Part shown: positions 53,895-64,000 of the stretch, in pieces
Layout of the letters: each line of letters opens with the position of its first letter
How positions within the stretch are numbered: position 1 is the first letter of the stretch
IMG/VR virus record: IMGVR_UViG_3300032302_000065
Source: a virus
Lineage: Duplodnaviria > Caudoviricetes
Strand: one strand, 5' to 3'
Length of the DNA stretch: 64,000 bases
Notes under the pieces: generated by a model
Database searches by the model: none
What the model saw: the letters and a program-made list of their open reading frames with translations, nothing else
What the model was told of the DNA's origin: nothing
Made by a program: the position numbers and the translations under genes

Positions 53895-55187
53895 TTACAT
53901 TGAATCTTGATCCCTATGGTACATTTCTCTTGCACTAAGGACTTCATCTTTATTCATTGGTACAGGTCCAACTGTAGTTACTGATGGAATATTAATTTCA
54001 TATCCACCAGACTTTTCTTCTTTTTCTTTTGCAATTTGTTTCAATGAGAAATTCCCTGCAATGACAAGTAGAACTGCCATCGGATCAAACACAAGAACTA
54101 AAAGAATGATAACAAATCGTACAGACTTATCTAGTATGTTAGAATCAACATCATCATATATCAACGCCGCAATATATTTGATAGGACCAACTTCCGCTTC
54201 CACTTTACGAACTTGGGCGGCGATAGGGCTTCTTTCTTCATTGAGAGTCGAAATCCGCTTGTTATATGTTTCGATTTCTTTAAGTAAGCGACTACGTTCT
54301 GCCTGTTGGGCTTTGCGAAGTTTTGCCGCTGATTCGGCACCCTTTTCATCTTTTGAGCGAACCATAACTTGGTCCACCGATTCATCCATCTGTTTGAGAG
54401 TTTTGCGATTAACATCTATATTATCCTTTTCAATTTTAATCTTCTCATCTATAAGCGAAATCTGTGCCTGCACATCTCCACTTACTAAATTTTGGTCGTT
54501 GTGTGCTTTAGAAAGATATCCAAAAATTCCTAATGATGTAATGAACATTAGGATGATAACTGCTATCGTGAAGTAGTACTTTAAAAATCTTGGTGCAATT
54601 TTCCAATTCTTATATGCCCATGATGCGGCAATGAGTTTAGAAAATTCAAGCGCACCACCCATGATTGCAATTGGAATTGGACTAGCCGCAAAGATAGCCA
54701 TCAAGCCAATGACTGAATAGTATGCGGCAATAGCAGAAAGAGATATCGCACTCAATAATGTAATCAAAGCAAATAGCATAAGTTATCCTCTAGTTAGTGC
54801 TAATACTTTGTCGATTTGTTCTTGAATTTTTGCTGTGCGATTTGGCCAGTAGATATATTCTTTTTCTGGATTCTTCATCAAGTTGACAAGTAAAGGCATG
54901 ATAAGTTGTTCTAATTCTTTTAGATTATTTTTTACATCTGCTATCATGTTTTGACGTTCTGCATCAAGCCCAAGTTTACCTTGATTGTATAATGATAGCA
55001 TTGAATCTAGTTTCTCTTCTACACGTTGTAAAGATTCTGAAGACTGAACCACAGTTTGTTTAACAGCAATTGTATCTTCTAATGTGTTTGGGTCTGTGAT
55101 TCTAGTCAACGTTGATTCATCAACTGCACTAAATCCAAAATCATCTTCTTTTCTAAACGCTAGATATTCTGATGGTATTTTGCTCAT
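53895..55187 (-). CDS. Membrane/coiled-coil protein (53895-54779) and conserved hypothetical protein (54783-55187)
   Basis: TM helices, EVGPIKYIA; YI.WPNR. Confidence 0.7.
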
Positions 55188-57676
55188 GCGAAAAAACTCT
55201 CCAATGATGAAACACGTTCGGTCTTCCAACCAATTGTGTTTACGATTGTTTTTAATGGCTCAAGATATGCTTTATCAAACTGTGTGTCGTAGTCGATATA
55301 TTTTTCTACGCCAAACTCTTTAGGCAAGACTGTAAGAATAGAAAATACATTTTCTTGAATCGGATTCGGAACTTTCATGTAACAGAATTTAGTCTTATCA
55401 CCATCTTGAATAAGTTGGTACTTCTTAGTCAGTTTATACTTTTTCAGAAACGCATTAAACATTATCGCACCACGCACATGCATAGGTGTGCCTTTTGAAT
55501 ATAGTTCCGTACTACCCATATATTTAGATAGGTCACTAACACCACGTGGAAATGCAATGTCTTCAAATGGAAGAGTTTTGAATTCTTGTTTGAATGCTTC
55601 AACAAAAGATTGAAACTCTTGTTCATTACCATTCATCACAATCTTCAAAGACTCTTTAATCTTCTCACGGCATGACATTGGTGTAGAAGACTTGACAGCT
55701 TCAATGCCCATCATCTTCAACTTTGGCTCTGCAAATTGAACACCCTCAGAATCATACACGTTTAGAATATAACGCTTCTTTGCAGTCCAGATGCCTTTGT
55801 TTGCAATGACCTCACGCTTCATCTGCATCTTCTGGTCAAATGCATTCATGTAGTCTGCTAGTTCTTGGTATGACTTGTCGATGAATGGTTCGAATTTTTC
55901 GATACATGCTTTGTTGACGAAATCAACAATCGTTTCAACTTTCGTTTCACTCTTCGATCCGTAGACCATAGTAACCAGCGGACCAAGATTGACGTACACC
56001 GAGTCTGTATCTGACGCAATAACATAATCAATATCCTTAGTCTTCAATAGTTTGTTTAGATAACCATTCAACTTCATTTCAATCCATCGAATGGACAATT
56101 GACCAGACAGAGTAATTGCCTCTGCTTGTCGAATGTCAAAGAACCTAAAATATTGATTACCAAGTGCGCCATAAGCGGAGTTCAATTGTACTTTCTTTGC
56201 CAACTGCAAGTTCTTGTACTTTGAAATTTGATTTGATATTTCACGTTTACGTTCTTTATCAGTTTCTTTTTCGTAAGCCTTTTGAGCCTCAATCATTTTC
56301 TTTTTGTACAATGACCGATCATCATACATGCGTTGCATCATAGCAGGCAAGAAGCCTTGCTTGTCACGTTTGAAGTAATGTCCATTGGCTGCCATGCAAT
56401 ATTCACCAGATGCTTGATATTCGTTGTTCAGCAAATTATCAATAGAGATACTTGTGTGGCGACCTTCAACAATTGTTTCAGGTGAAACGTTGTACTGCAT
56501 AATCAAGTGTGGATACAATGAGTTCAAGTCAAACGACACAACCCATTCGTGCATACCAACGATTGGGTCTTTAACATAAGCGCCAGCATACTGTTCATCT
56601 TTTGGTGTGCGAACATTCTGCGGTACGACAATCTTATCTTCAATCAATTCATTGTGAATCAAAGTATCCCACATACGTACTTGCGTAAACACATCGGTGT
56701 AATTAACTTTGGCGTCATATGCAAGTGCAAGTGCCATATCAATCAATTGCATCTTAGCATCAATTCGATCCACAAGTTCAACGTCATGAATGTTATACTC
56801 AATAAACTTTTGAAAGTTTGTTCGGTATAACTGATGCAGACTTTCAACTTCAGAGTAGTCAAGTTTCTTCTCGCCGAGTTCAAGGAACGCAATGTGATTA
56901 AGACTAAAACTTTCTTGTTGTGAGTAAGTAAATTTCTTGTACAATTCAATGTAATCAAGAATAGCGATACCTACCAAGTCAAATGCTGTTTGCTGTTTGT
57001 TGTGAATTGTAGTTGTACGTTCACCAATTCTACGGAATGGAGATAAACGCTTTGCAGTATTCTCGCCCATGAGTTTGTTGATACGATTGTGTAGATATGG
57101 AATATCAAAGAATTGAATGTTCCAACCAGTCACAATGTCTGGTGATGTTGATTCCCACATGTCAAGGAAACGCATGATAAGATTATTCTCATCACGACAC
57201 ATCATATATGTTACATCATCACGATAGTTATTAAACTCGCTACAACCAAACACATAGAAGTGTCCCGCTATCTTAAACGTGATGGCAGTAATTGGCTCAG
57301 ACGCAGATGCAGGTTCAGGAAAGCCATTTTCAGAACCAACTTCAATGTCAATATTTGCAATTTTAATTTGTTGCGGATCATAATCTACTTTGCCTGGATA
57401 GGCTTCATTAATATAAACGTATGGGAAGTTTGTTGAGCCATATACTTTGAAGTTATCAACGTCTTCATATCGTTTCATAAACTCAGTAGCATCACGCATT
57501 GTGCCTTGTGATACTGGCGCAACTGATTGTCCATCCAACGTTCTATAGTCACCATCTTTCGATGGTAAATATAGAGTTGGATTGTATTCAACTTTATCAA
57601 TAAATTTCTTGCCGTTGTTATATCCACGAACAAGAATATGATTGCCAAGTTTAGAAAAGTGCGTATAAAATTTCAT
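55184..57676 (-). CDS. Family B DNA polymerase (T4 gp43-like)
   Basis: DIE exonuclease, FDLNSLYP, K...NS.YG, DTDS, KKRY. Confidence 0.97.
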   Translation of the reverse strand: MKFYTHFSKLGNHILVRGYNNGKKFIDKVEYNPTLYLPSKDGDYRTLDGQSVAPVSQGTMRDATEFMKRYEDVDNFKVYGSTNFPYVYINEAYPGKVDYDPQQIKIANIDIEVGSENGFPEPASASEPITAITFKIAGHFYVFGCSEFNNYRDDVTYMMCRDENNLIMRFLDMWESTSPDIVTGWNIQFFDIPYLHNRINKLMGENTAKRLSPFRRIGERTTTIHNKQQTAFDLVGIAILDYIELYKKFTYSQQESFSLNHIAFLELGEKKLDYSEVESLHQLYRTNFQKFIEYNIHDVELVDRIDAKMQLIDMALALAYDAKVNYTDVFTQVRMWDTLIHNELIEDKIVVPQNVRTPKDEQYAGAYVKDPIVGMHEWVVSFDLNSLYPHLIMQYNVSPETIVEGRHTSISIDNLLNNEYQASGEYCMAANGHYFKRDKQGFLPAMMQRMYDDRSLYKKKMIEAQKAYEKETDKERKREISNQISKYKNLQLAKKVQLNSAYGALGNQYFRFFDIRQAEAITLSGQLSIRWIEMKLNGYLNKLLKTKDIDYVIASDTDSVYVNLGPLVTMVYGSKSETKVETIVDFVNKACIEKFEPFIDKSYQELADYMNAFDQKMQMKREVIANKGIWTAKKRYILNVYDSEGVQFAEPKLKMMGIEAVKSSTPMSCREKIKESLKIVMNGNEQEFQSFVEAFKQEFKTLPFEDIAFPRGVSDLSKYMGSTELYSKGTPMHVRGAIMFNAFLKKYKLTKKYQLIQDGDKTKFCYMKVPNPIQENVFSILTVLPKEFGVEKYIDYDTQFDKAYLEPLKTIVNTIGWKTERVSSLESFFA

Positions 57677-57978
57677 TAAACGATAATGGATTGTTGAGGC
57701 GGAACAACAATTCCTGAGCCATAAACTTCATTATACTTGTTTTTGATTTCATGTGCAACTGTTACGTTGTACAATACGTGAGAATTTTTGAGTTCTACCA
57801 CTTTCTGTTCGGAGAACAAAAGCATTGGTTGCATCTGTAAACTTGCTTTGCCATTCGAACCCATTGCAATACCAAGAATGCATGGATTCTCAATTCGATA
57901 TTTTTCTGGAGTTTCTTCTACAAGATCACCGACAATCTCTTCACCTGTTGTCAATTTCAAAATTCTTAAGTTTGCCAT
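57676..57978 (-). CDS. Small Sm-like hypothetical protein
   Basis: KL.TGEEI. Confidence 0.65.
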   Translation of the reverse strand: MANLRILKLTTGEEIVGDLVEETPEKYRIENPCILGIAMGSNGKASLQMQPMLLFSEQKVVELKNSHVLYNVTVAHEIKNKYNEVYGSGIVVPPQQSIIV

Positions 57979-58202
57979 TTTATATCCTATAATAAAAATG
58001 GGTGCCATTGCGGCACCCATCTGTTTACTTAAACAATGCGCTAATCATAAAACACCTCTATTAGCAAGGATTTTTTGCCTACGTTCTAAATCCTGTTGAT
58101 CTACAGATTTAGAAAGATAATATTCGGCATATCCTTTTGCTTGATAATTTCGTGCTTCTTGAATGCCTTCAATCAGAGCCATAAAAAAGTTCTTGATGTG
58201 TT

Positions 58203-58718
58203 TCATAGATCATCCTCAGTCAAATATTGCTGAGATGATTTTTTAGTTTTGGGAGTAACAGTATCAACTGTATCCTTAACTTCAATCTTCTTAGGCTTTT
58301 TGTGTTCCGGAATGATTCGTTCCAAAGCAATCTTCAACATGCCATTAATCAAAGCGGCATCTTGAATTTCGATTTGTTCATCAAGTGCAAATGTACGAGT
58401 GAATGCACGATTTGCAATTCCTTTAAACAAGAAATTATCGTTATCATCTTTTGTATTACCAGAAACGATAAGTTTATTATCTTCTAGTGTGATATCGATT
58501 TCTTGTTTACCAAAACCAGCAACAGCAATTTCGATGACGTAAGTATTGTCACCAGTCTTGCGAATGTTGTATGGTGGATAGTTTGGAATGTTTTTAGTTA
58601 GATCATCATGAATTTTTGCGAGTTTATTGAATTGATCGTCAAACCCAACAAAAAATTTATCAAAGTCTTTAAAGCCTGCACCTGCGAAAAGTGCGGGAAT
58701 TGGAGTATGATTACCCAT
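58203..58718 (-). CDS. Small heat-shock protein Hsp20
   Basis: YPPYNI, AVAGF, GIA.R.F.R.F.L, NGML.I. Confidence 0.93.
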   Translation of the reverse strand: MGNHTPIPALFAGAGFKDFDKFFVGFDDQFNKLAKIHDDLTKNIPNYPPYNIRKTGDNTYVIEIAVAGFGKQEIDITLEDNKLIVSGNTKDDNDNFLFKGIANRAFTRTFALDEQIEIQDAALINGMLKIALERIIPEHKKPKKIEVKDTVDTVTPKTKKSSQQYLTEDDL

Positions 58719-58726
58719 AGTTTTGC

Positions 58727-58885
58727 TCCTTATTAAGCGAGTTAAAAATAAAATTTGATACCCCGAAGGCATATCATTAATCCTGCTTACTGCATACAGG
58801 GACACCATAACGTTGTGTCAGCGTTAGACGCTCCTAAGGTAGAAGAGCCATTTACGTTCCCATCCCTGAGATACGTTTATTTATA
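58727..58885 (-). promoter_or_regulatory. Late promoter and structured 5' leader of hsp20
   Basis: TATAAATA 58878-58885; multi-stem 58797-58868; UUCG hairpin; SD-covering hairpin. Confidence 0.6.
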
Positions 58886-58889
58886 AGGC

Positions 58890-59380
58890 TTAAGCCTGTC
58901 CAACCATTCTGCGTGAAACAAAATATGTTGTGTTACCTTCTGTGTTCATATTCTTACGAATCTTGAAACCTGCTTGGCGCAAGTCGCTGATACGGGCACG
59001 AAGGTTTTTGATGCCAAACAAAGACCGTGCTTGTGGTGCAGAGATTCCACGACCAGTACCACGCAAGTATGATACCAAGAGTTCTGTCTGTGTTTTGCTA
59101 GAATTTACAAATGCCATTTTAAATACCTCATCAAATAATGATAAAAAATTACTAAGAATTATTTCTTAGCGGTTGATGTAGCCTCTGCTTTTTTTGCGGC
59201 TTTCTCTTTTGGAGTAATCACTTTGGGATGTGGTTTCTCTTTTTTGGAGTCTGCTTTAGCGGCAGGTGCTGATGCTGTTGTTGCAGGCGCAGGTTTTGTT
59301 TCTGCTGGTTTGTCTGCCGCAACGGCAACTAGGGAGAGAGTAGTCAATGCTACTGATGTCAATACTTTCATGGATTTCAT
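58890..59380 (-). CDS. Winged-HTH protein (58890-59117) and secreted Ala/Lys-rich protein (59159-59380)
   Basis: L.ARI.DLR..G..I; signal peptide. Confidence 0.65.
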
Positions 59381-59460
59381 AGAATCTCCTAATTTAGTTT
59401 GAGATAACATTATCTCATATAATATAACGTTTGTCAAGCTATTTTTGTTGACAAATTTAT

Positions 59461-59904
59461 TTATGTCATTTTTTTCAATGCGGCTCTAAGCATCCATGCA
59501 TGTTTAATAAATGATTCCTGACGTTCGGCCATGAAGTTACTAATGTGATGCAAATGTACTTGTTCTGCAAGTTCATATGTACGTTCGACACTTGCCAACA
59601 TGATAGAAGTATCATCTAATAATCTTTGTAACATCACTTCTGCTGGAGGAACAGATTCATCACCCTGAATCTGTGATAATTGAATGAATCGATTAAAACT
59701 CCCTGGAGCATATGCATCACATCCACGAATCTCTTCCGCAATTTGGTCTACTGCACCATAAACTTCTTCATACATTGCTTCTAAGAATTTATGATATTGA
59801 GGAAAATTTGGACCACTAATATTCCAATGATAGTAGTGAGTTTTCAGATAGAATGCATAGTGATTTGCTAAAGTTACTTTTAGCGATTGTATTAATTCAT
59901 CCAT
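59461..59904 (-). CDS. dps: Dps-like ferritin
   Basis: H.YHWNI.G..F...H, D.IAE.IR, K.AWML. Confidence 0.9.
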   Translation of the reverse strand: MDELIQSLKVTLANHYAFYLKTHYYHWNISGPNFPQYHKFLEAMYEEVYGAVDQIAEEIRGCDAYAPGSFNRFIQLSQIQGDESVPPAEVMLQRLLDDTSIMLASVERTYELAEQVHLHHISNFMAERQESFIKHAWMLRAALKKMT

Positions 59905-59905
59905 T

Positions 59906-60313
59906 TTAATCTCTCTTTTTGCTTCCGATATTGTATTTTGCTGTTAATAACCAATCGTCTTTTTCTTTATAAGAGATAATTTTGATTTGAGATAACGGCG
60001 CAATTGGTTGTTCTACATTTGTGGGTTTATTTATAATCTCAATAAGACCCCATTCGGCTAACAATTTTGCTATTGTGTTACGTCTTGCTAAATCATTCTC
60101 TTCAAAATCAGTTGGTTTGCCATCTAATGCAAATAACTCTTTAAAATGTACAATATAATATTTACCTTTTTTATGTAAAATATGACACGATTGATATAAC
60201 GTTTTATCTTTGCGAGATGCAACTCCAATACGGGTTAGTGTTTCTTTTACTTTTAAAAAATCGTCTTCTTGTTTTAATCTTACTTCAAGTAAGTCTTCAA
60301 TGTTCACCGCCAT
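59906..60313 (-). CDS. regA: Translational repressor RegA
   Basis: FLKVKETLTRIG, QSCHILHK.G.YYIVHFKE. Confidence 0.95.
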   Translation of the reverse strand: MAVNIEDLLEVRLKQEDDFLKVKETLTRIGVASRKDKTLYQSCHILHKKGKYYIVHFKELFALDGKPTDFEENDLARRNTIAKLLAEWGLIEIINKPTNVEQPIAPLSQIKIISYKEKDDWLLTAKYNIGSKKRD

Positions 60314-60716
60314 TCTTTTTCTCCTTAGACTTCAATCCACCTTTTTCTAGTTTTTGTCGCATGATTTTAAGTTGGTCTGAGGTTATGAGATTCTGTACTT
60401 GTTTAGCCTTAGCGTAACTATAGCCAAAATATTCTGAAATCACATTAATATTCTCTACCACTTCATTCTTAAACCATTTACTGAACCTTTTTTTAGGCCT
60501 GATGGTATTTAGTAAATACAAAAACTGTGGTTTATTGTCCAAGAAATGACGCATATTCATTTCATTTGAATATAGGATTGTGTCTGGAAAGTAAGATAGT
60601 CCTTTATTAACGATATATGGATTGTAAGATTTTTCTGCAAGTTCATCATTGTCAGTACCAACCATCATATTTTCTTTCGATTGGTTGATAGCATTTAAAT
60701 AGTCAAATGGTGTCAT
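60297..60716 (-). CDS. Clamp loader small subunit (gp62)
   Basis: Synteny; Y..YI.N..LS...D, NEMN. Confidence 0.88.
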   Translation of the reverse strand: MTPFDYLNAINQSKENMMVGTDNDELAEKSYNPYIVNKGLSYFPDTILYSNEMNMRHFLDNKPQFLYLLNTIRPKKRFSKWFKNEVVENINVISEYFGYSYAKAKQVQNLITSDQLKIMRQKLEKGGLKSKEKKNGGEH

Positions 60717-61651
60717 TTGAATTCGCAGTCCATCATTGCTTCAGTCAAGAATGCAACAAAATTAATTTCTTGATCGGCAACAAATGCAGACTTGTATTGA
60801 TATTCAGCAAGCATTAATACCATGCGTGGAACAGAATCTGGTACCAAGTATTCATTGGTATTGTCAAATATTCTTTTGAATAGAACGGATGGTTCATTGT
60901 CAAGATTCTCTGCAACCCACTTACGCATACCAGTAAAGTCTTTTGCTTTCAGTTTTTCTGTTAATGCCTTGAAATTGTCACTTGAAATATTTGCAAGAAT
61001 TCCAGTATCAATCTTACCTGTGGCCGCATAACGTTGTAGTTCATTAAGAACACGCCTCCAATCGGGGAAGTGTTTCATAATAAGTTCAGCAACAACTTTA
61101 TCTTCAAACTCAATATTTTCTTTTTGCAAAATGCCAGTCACACGTTTCATAAAACGACCAGCAAGTTTTGGCTTATCAGAATTGGTTATCTTAAAGTGTA
61201 CAACAGAGCATCGGCTGTGAAGAGGGGCGATGATACGATTGAGAAAGTTGCAAGTAAGGATAAAACCACAATTAGCAGAAAACTCTTCCATGAAGTTCCG
61301 TAATGCGGGTTGAGTAGATTGAGGATTAAGGTAATCAGCTTCATCAAGTATGACATATTTTCTTCCGCCAGAAAATGAAACGGTTGATGCAAAGTTTTTA
61401 ATTTCATTGCGTAGTGTATCGATGTTTCCGTTCATCGATCCGTTAATAACAATATAAGTACATCCAAGTTCTTCAAGCATAGCCCTAGCGATGGTAGTCT
61501 TACCAACGCCAGGACCGCCTGTAAGAATTAGATTTGGTACATTTTTATCGTCAACAAATTTTTGAAATGTTGCTTTCATATCTGCTGGAAGAATTGTATC
61601 TTCAACAGTTTGAGGACGATATTTTTCTACCCACAAATAATCTTGTAGCAT
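60713..61651 (-). CDS. Clamp loader large subunit (gp44)
   Basis: WVEKYRP, GPGVGKT, DEAD, SRC. Confidence 0.95.
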   Translation of the reverse strand: MLQDYLWVEKYRPQTVEDTILPADMKATFQKFVDDKNVPNLILTGGPGVGKTTIARAMLEELGCTYIVINGSMNGNIDTLRNEIKNFASTVSFSGGRKYVILDEADYLNPQSTQPALRNFMEEFSANCGFILTCNFLNRIIAPLHSRCSVVHFKITNSDKPKLAGRFMKRVTGILQKENIEFEDKVVAELIMKHFPDWRRVLNELQRYAATGKIDTGILANISSDNFKALTEKLKAKDFTGMRKWVAENLDNEPSVLFKRIFDNTNEYLVPDSVPRMVLMLAEYQYKSAFVADQEINFVAFLTEAMMDCEFK

Positions 61652-61718
61652 GTGTTCACCTTATCATAACATAAAAAATATATTCTAACACATTGCATGT
61701 TAGAATGCAAGCTGAGTG

Positions 61719-61979
61719 TTACTTAGCAACACTCTCATAAAGGGTCTCAACGTCATCTTGTTCTTGTTGGACCTCGGTGAAGTTTTGTTTGTGATAAATT
61801 TTTGCAAGTTTGCGAGTATACTTTTTAGGCAACTCAAATTTATCTTCAACTGTAGTGAGAATATCTTTAATCAAATCACGCTCTGCTTCAATGCGAGTTA
61901 GTGATGAGGAGATTTCTACAAGTGCATCCAGAATTTTTTTACGGTCTTCTGGAGAAGACGGAACAATCACATTACTCAT
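61719..61979 (-). CDS. T4 dsbA-like double-stranded DNA-binding protein
   Basis: Small helical protein, KL..IYHKQ. Confidence 0.6.
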   Translation of the reverse strand: MSNVIVPSSPEDRKKILDALVEISSSLTRIEAERDLIKDILTTVEDKFELPKKYTRKLAKIYHKQNFTEVQQEQDDVETLYESVAK

Positions 61980-61983
61980 AATA

Positions 61984-62655
61984 TTAACCCTCGTACTTAG
62001 AACCAGCTTCAGTAGCAATCCAATATTCAATTGGGTCTGTGCTGTGCTTGAAATGCGAAATACCCTTTGATGAAATTGCAACATCATATGTGCCGGGAAT
62101 CATCTTCAAGTTTTCTGTATTGAAAATCATTTTGAAATTGGATGAAGTCTCACCAACTTTGATGGAGAAATTATCAGAGTCAGTATTCTTAACATCAAGT
62201 GCAGAGATAGAGATTTCAGAACCATCACCAACAACTGCAATGTTTGGAAGACCCAAGATGCCAGACAACTTCAATACTTGATTCAAATCGTCTTTTGTCA
62301 GTCGAAAATTCACTTCCGCATTTTCTACTTTAATCTCTTTTGCTGGCGGTGCTACAATCATAGACTCATCAGAAAGTCCGTATGTAGTTTTTGAAGAGCC
62401 AGACTTGATTGTCAGATTCTTTGCGGCACTATTAATTGCGATTTCGGGATCGATAAGAGAACCAACCAAACCCAAAAAGCGATTCAAGTCATAGATAACA
62501 AAGTCACTATCAAATGTTTCTGTTACTGTAGCTTTACCCAAAACGTTTTGTTGTTTTGAAATAGTACGAATAACGTTTCCGCTTTTGATTAGCATACCGG
62601 AGTTAATGTTAGAGAAATTCTTTAACACATTGATTGTTGATTCACTTAGTTTCAT
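61984..62655 (-). CDS. Sliding clamp (gp45)
   Basis: MKLS..T...LKNFS.IN, IYDL..FL. Confidence 0.93.
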   Translation of the reverse strand: MKLSESTINVLKNFSNINSGMLIKSGNVIRTISKQQNVLGKATVTETFDSDFVIYDLNRFLGLVGSLIDPEIAINSAAKNLTIKSGSSKTTYGLSDESMIVAPPAKEIKVENAEVNFRLTKDDLNQVLKLSGILGLPNIAVVGDGSEISISALDVKNTDSDNFSIKVGETSSNFKMIFNTENLKMIPGTYDVAISSKGISHFKHSTDPIEYWIATEAGSKYEG

Positions 62656-63780
62656 TTTGTTTTCCTTCATTCAAGTCATGTACGTGTAGCATGATTATAG
62701 CATAGTGTAAAATTTTTAGCAAGTCTTTACGATTGCGTCCGTCTTTCTTGCCATACCTTTGTGCATATTTCAGCACGTTCCCAATACAGAATCCTTCACC
62801 GTGGCCACCATCGATGATGAATTCTGTTGCTTGGAATTTGTCACGGGAATAATGTTGCCCGTATGTTGCATCAATATAAGACTTCAGTTCTTCCAAAGTC
62901 TTATCTTCATTATAACGATAATCTATCATGACAATGTAGATTCTCTTTTAGGAACATTATTTCCCGCAGTAGGTGATGCATTAATTGCGGCTAATGCTTG
63001 AAGAGAACCACCAAAGATATAACTACCAGCATGTTTCAAACGTAACCATGGAAGCAACCAAATCTTTCCGCCAGCTTTACGCATCCATTGACAGAACATA
63101 TAATCTTCTGAAAGATAACGTTTTGTATCTGGACAAATAACACAATCAAAGTATGCCATGATTTCTCTACTACCATCAAAGTTTACTGTACGTGCATGAT
63201 CCGGTTTATAACTTTGCATTGGGAATGCTTTGTCAAATTTTTCCAATGCGCTACGCTTAATCATCATAAATCCAGTTCCAGATTCTTTCACTTCAACTGG
63301 CTCATCTACTCGGAATGAAGTTTGATTATCCGCAGGATTAAAAACAAAGTCACCAACAAACTCTTCCAATTGATTTGGATTATTATCTGCATATCCTTTA
63401 TCAACTGCGGATTTAATTTTCTCCCAAGAAATTGCTTTCTTTGGATATGGTCCACAAATAACATCCATATCATCACGTTCAACTGCGTAATGCATCATAA
63501 CAAAAATATCTTGTGCATCAAAGTGAATATCGCTATCGATAAACATCATCAAGTCATATCCACTACGTACAAATTCATCTGTCAAATAATTTCTAGCACG
63601 TTGCACTAGAGACTCATTAAAAATGAAAAACAACTTAGCTTCAACTCCATACTTTGTGCATAGTGTCATCAAGTCTGCGATTGCTTTAGTATAAGAACCG
63701 TGGCATTGTCCACCATACATTGGTGTCGCAATGAACAATTTTTTTTCTCTTAGCTTACCAATATCAATTTCAAATTGCAT
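62642..63780 (-). CDS. DUF3310-like protein (62642-62929) and GT-A-like hypothetical protein (62926-63780)
   Basis: HY, GN..KY..RYGKK; ATPMYGG, FIDSD, SEDY.FC. Confidence 0.7.
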
Positions 63781-63824
63781 AATTTCTCCATATTATTAAA
63801 AGTTTGCATGTGTTATATATGTAT

Positions 63825-63852
63825 AAAAAAAGAGGCTACTTTACGTAGCCTC
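63825..63852 (-). terminator. Intrinsic terminator
   Basis: GAGGCTAC-gtaaa-GTAGCCTC-TTTTTTT. Confidence 0.85.
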
Positions 63853-63875
63853 AAAGGCATTACTGCCAAGGAGAT

Positions 63876-64000
63876 TTAGAACACTTCATGATCAACTGCT
63901 GGCGCAGGTGTCACTTCCGCAGTAGGGTCGATACCCGCATCAATCTTGGTATACAAATCAAGGAATGATGTTTTGGTTTCTGCATCAAAGCGGTTGATAC
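63876..64000 (-). CDS. C-terminus of a CobS/MoxR-like AAA ATPase (partial)
   Basis: ..INRFDAETKTSFLDLYTKIDA.. is typical of this T4-like gene. Confidence 0.6.
   Translation of the reverse strand, partial: INRFDAETKTSFLDLYTKIDAGIDPTAEVTPAPAVDHEVF

Noticed and set aside
59430-59455. TTTGTCAA/TTGACAAA inverted repeat downstream of dps
   Set aside because: Short and AT-rich, with no properly spaced -10 box; cannot be told apart from a weak terminator or chance.
24369-63609. Numerous plus-strand ORFs antisense to core genes
   Set aside because: Antisense shadows of well-supported minus-strand genes.

Overview
64-kb segment of a large AT-rich T4-like (myovirus-type) phage genome, almost all on the minus strand. 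It carries the T4 replication module (gp45, gp44, gp62, RegA, gp43, UvsX, gp41, gp61, RNase H) and nucleotide metabolism genes (NrdA, NrdB, thioredoxin, ThyX). It also has lysis genes (GH19 endolysin, Rz/Rz1-like spanins, pointing to a Gram-negative host), probable head-internal polyproteins, many small early ORF cassettes and an array of 25 tRNAs covering all 20 amino acids. The standout observation is an unannotated 38-codon leader ORF (12082-11966, minus) directly upstream of the tRNA array. It contains all 20 amino acids and codons for 24 of the 25 phage tRNAs. Its 3' end forms a 10-bp antiterminator that is mutually exclusive with an intrinsic terminator, which is followed by boxA. This looks like a general tRNA-depletion-sensing attenuator that switches on the phage tRNA array. 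Other points of interest are three long-stem structured RNAs inside the tRNA array, a TGTTG-N8-CAACA palindrome marking mostly 16-bp-spacer early promoters, and two periodic GC/AT elements. All calls come from reading the sequence by eye; no database searches or folding programs were run.
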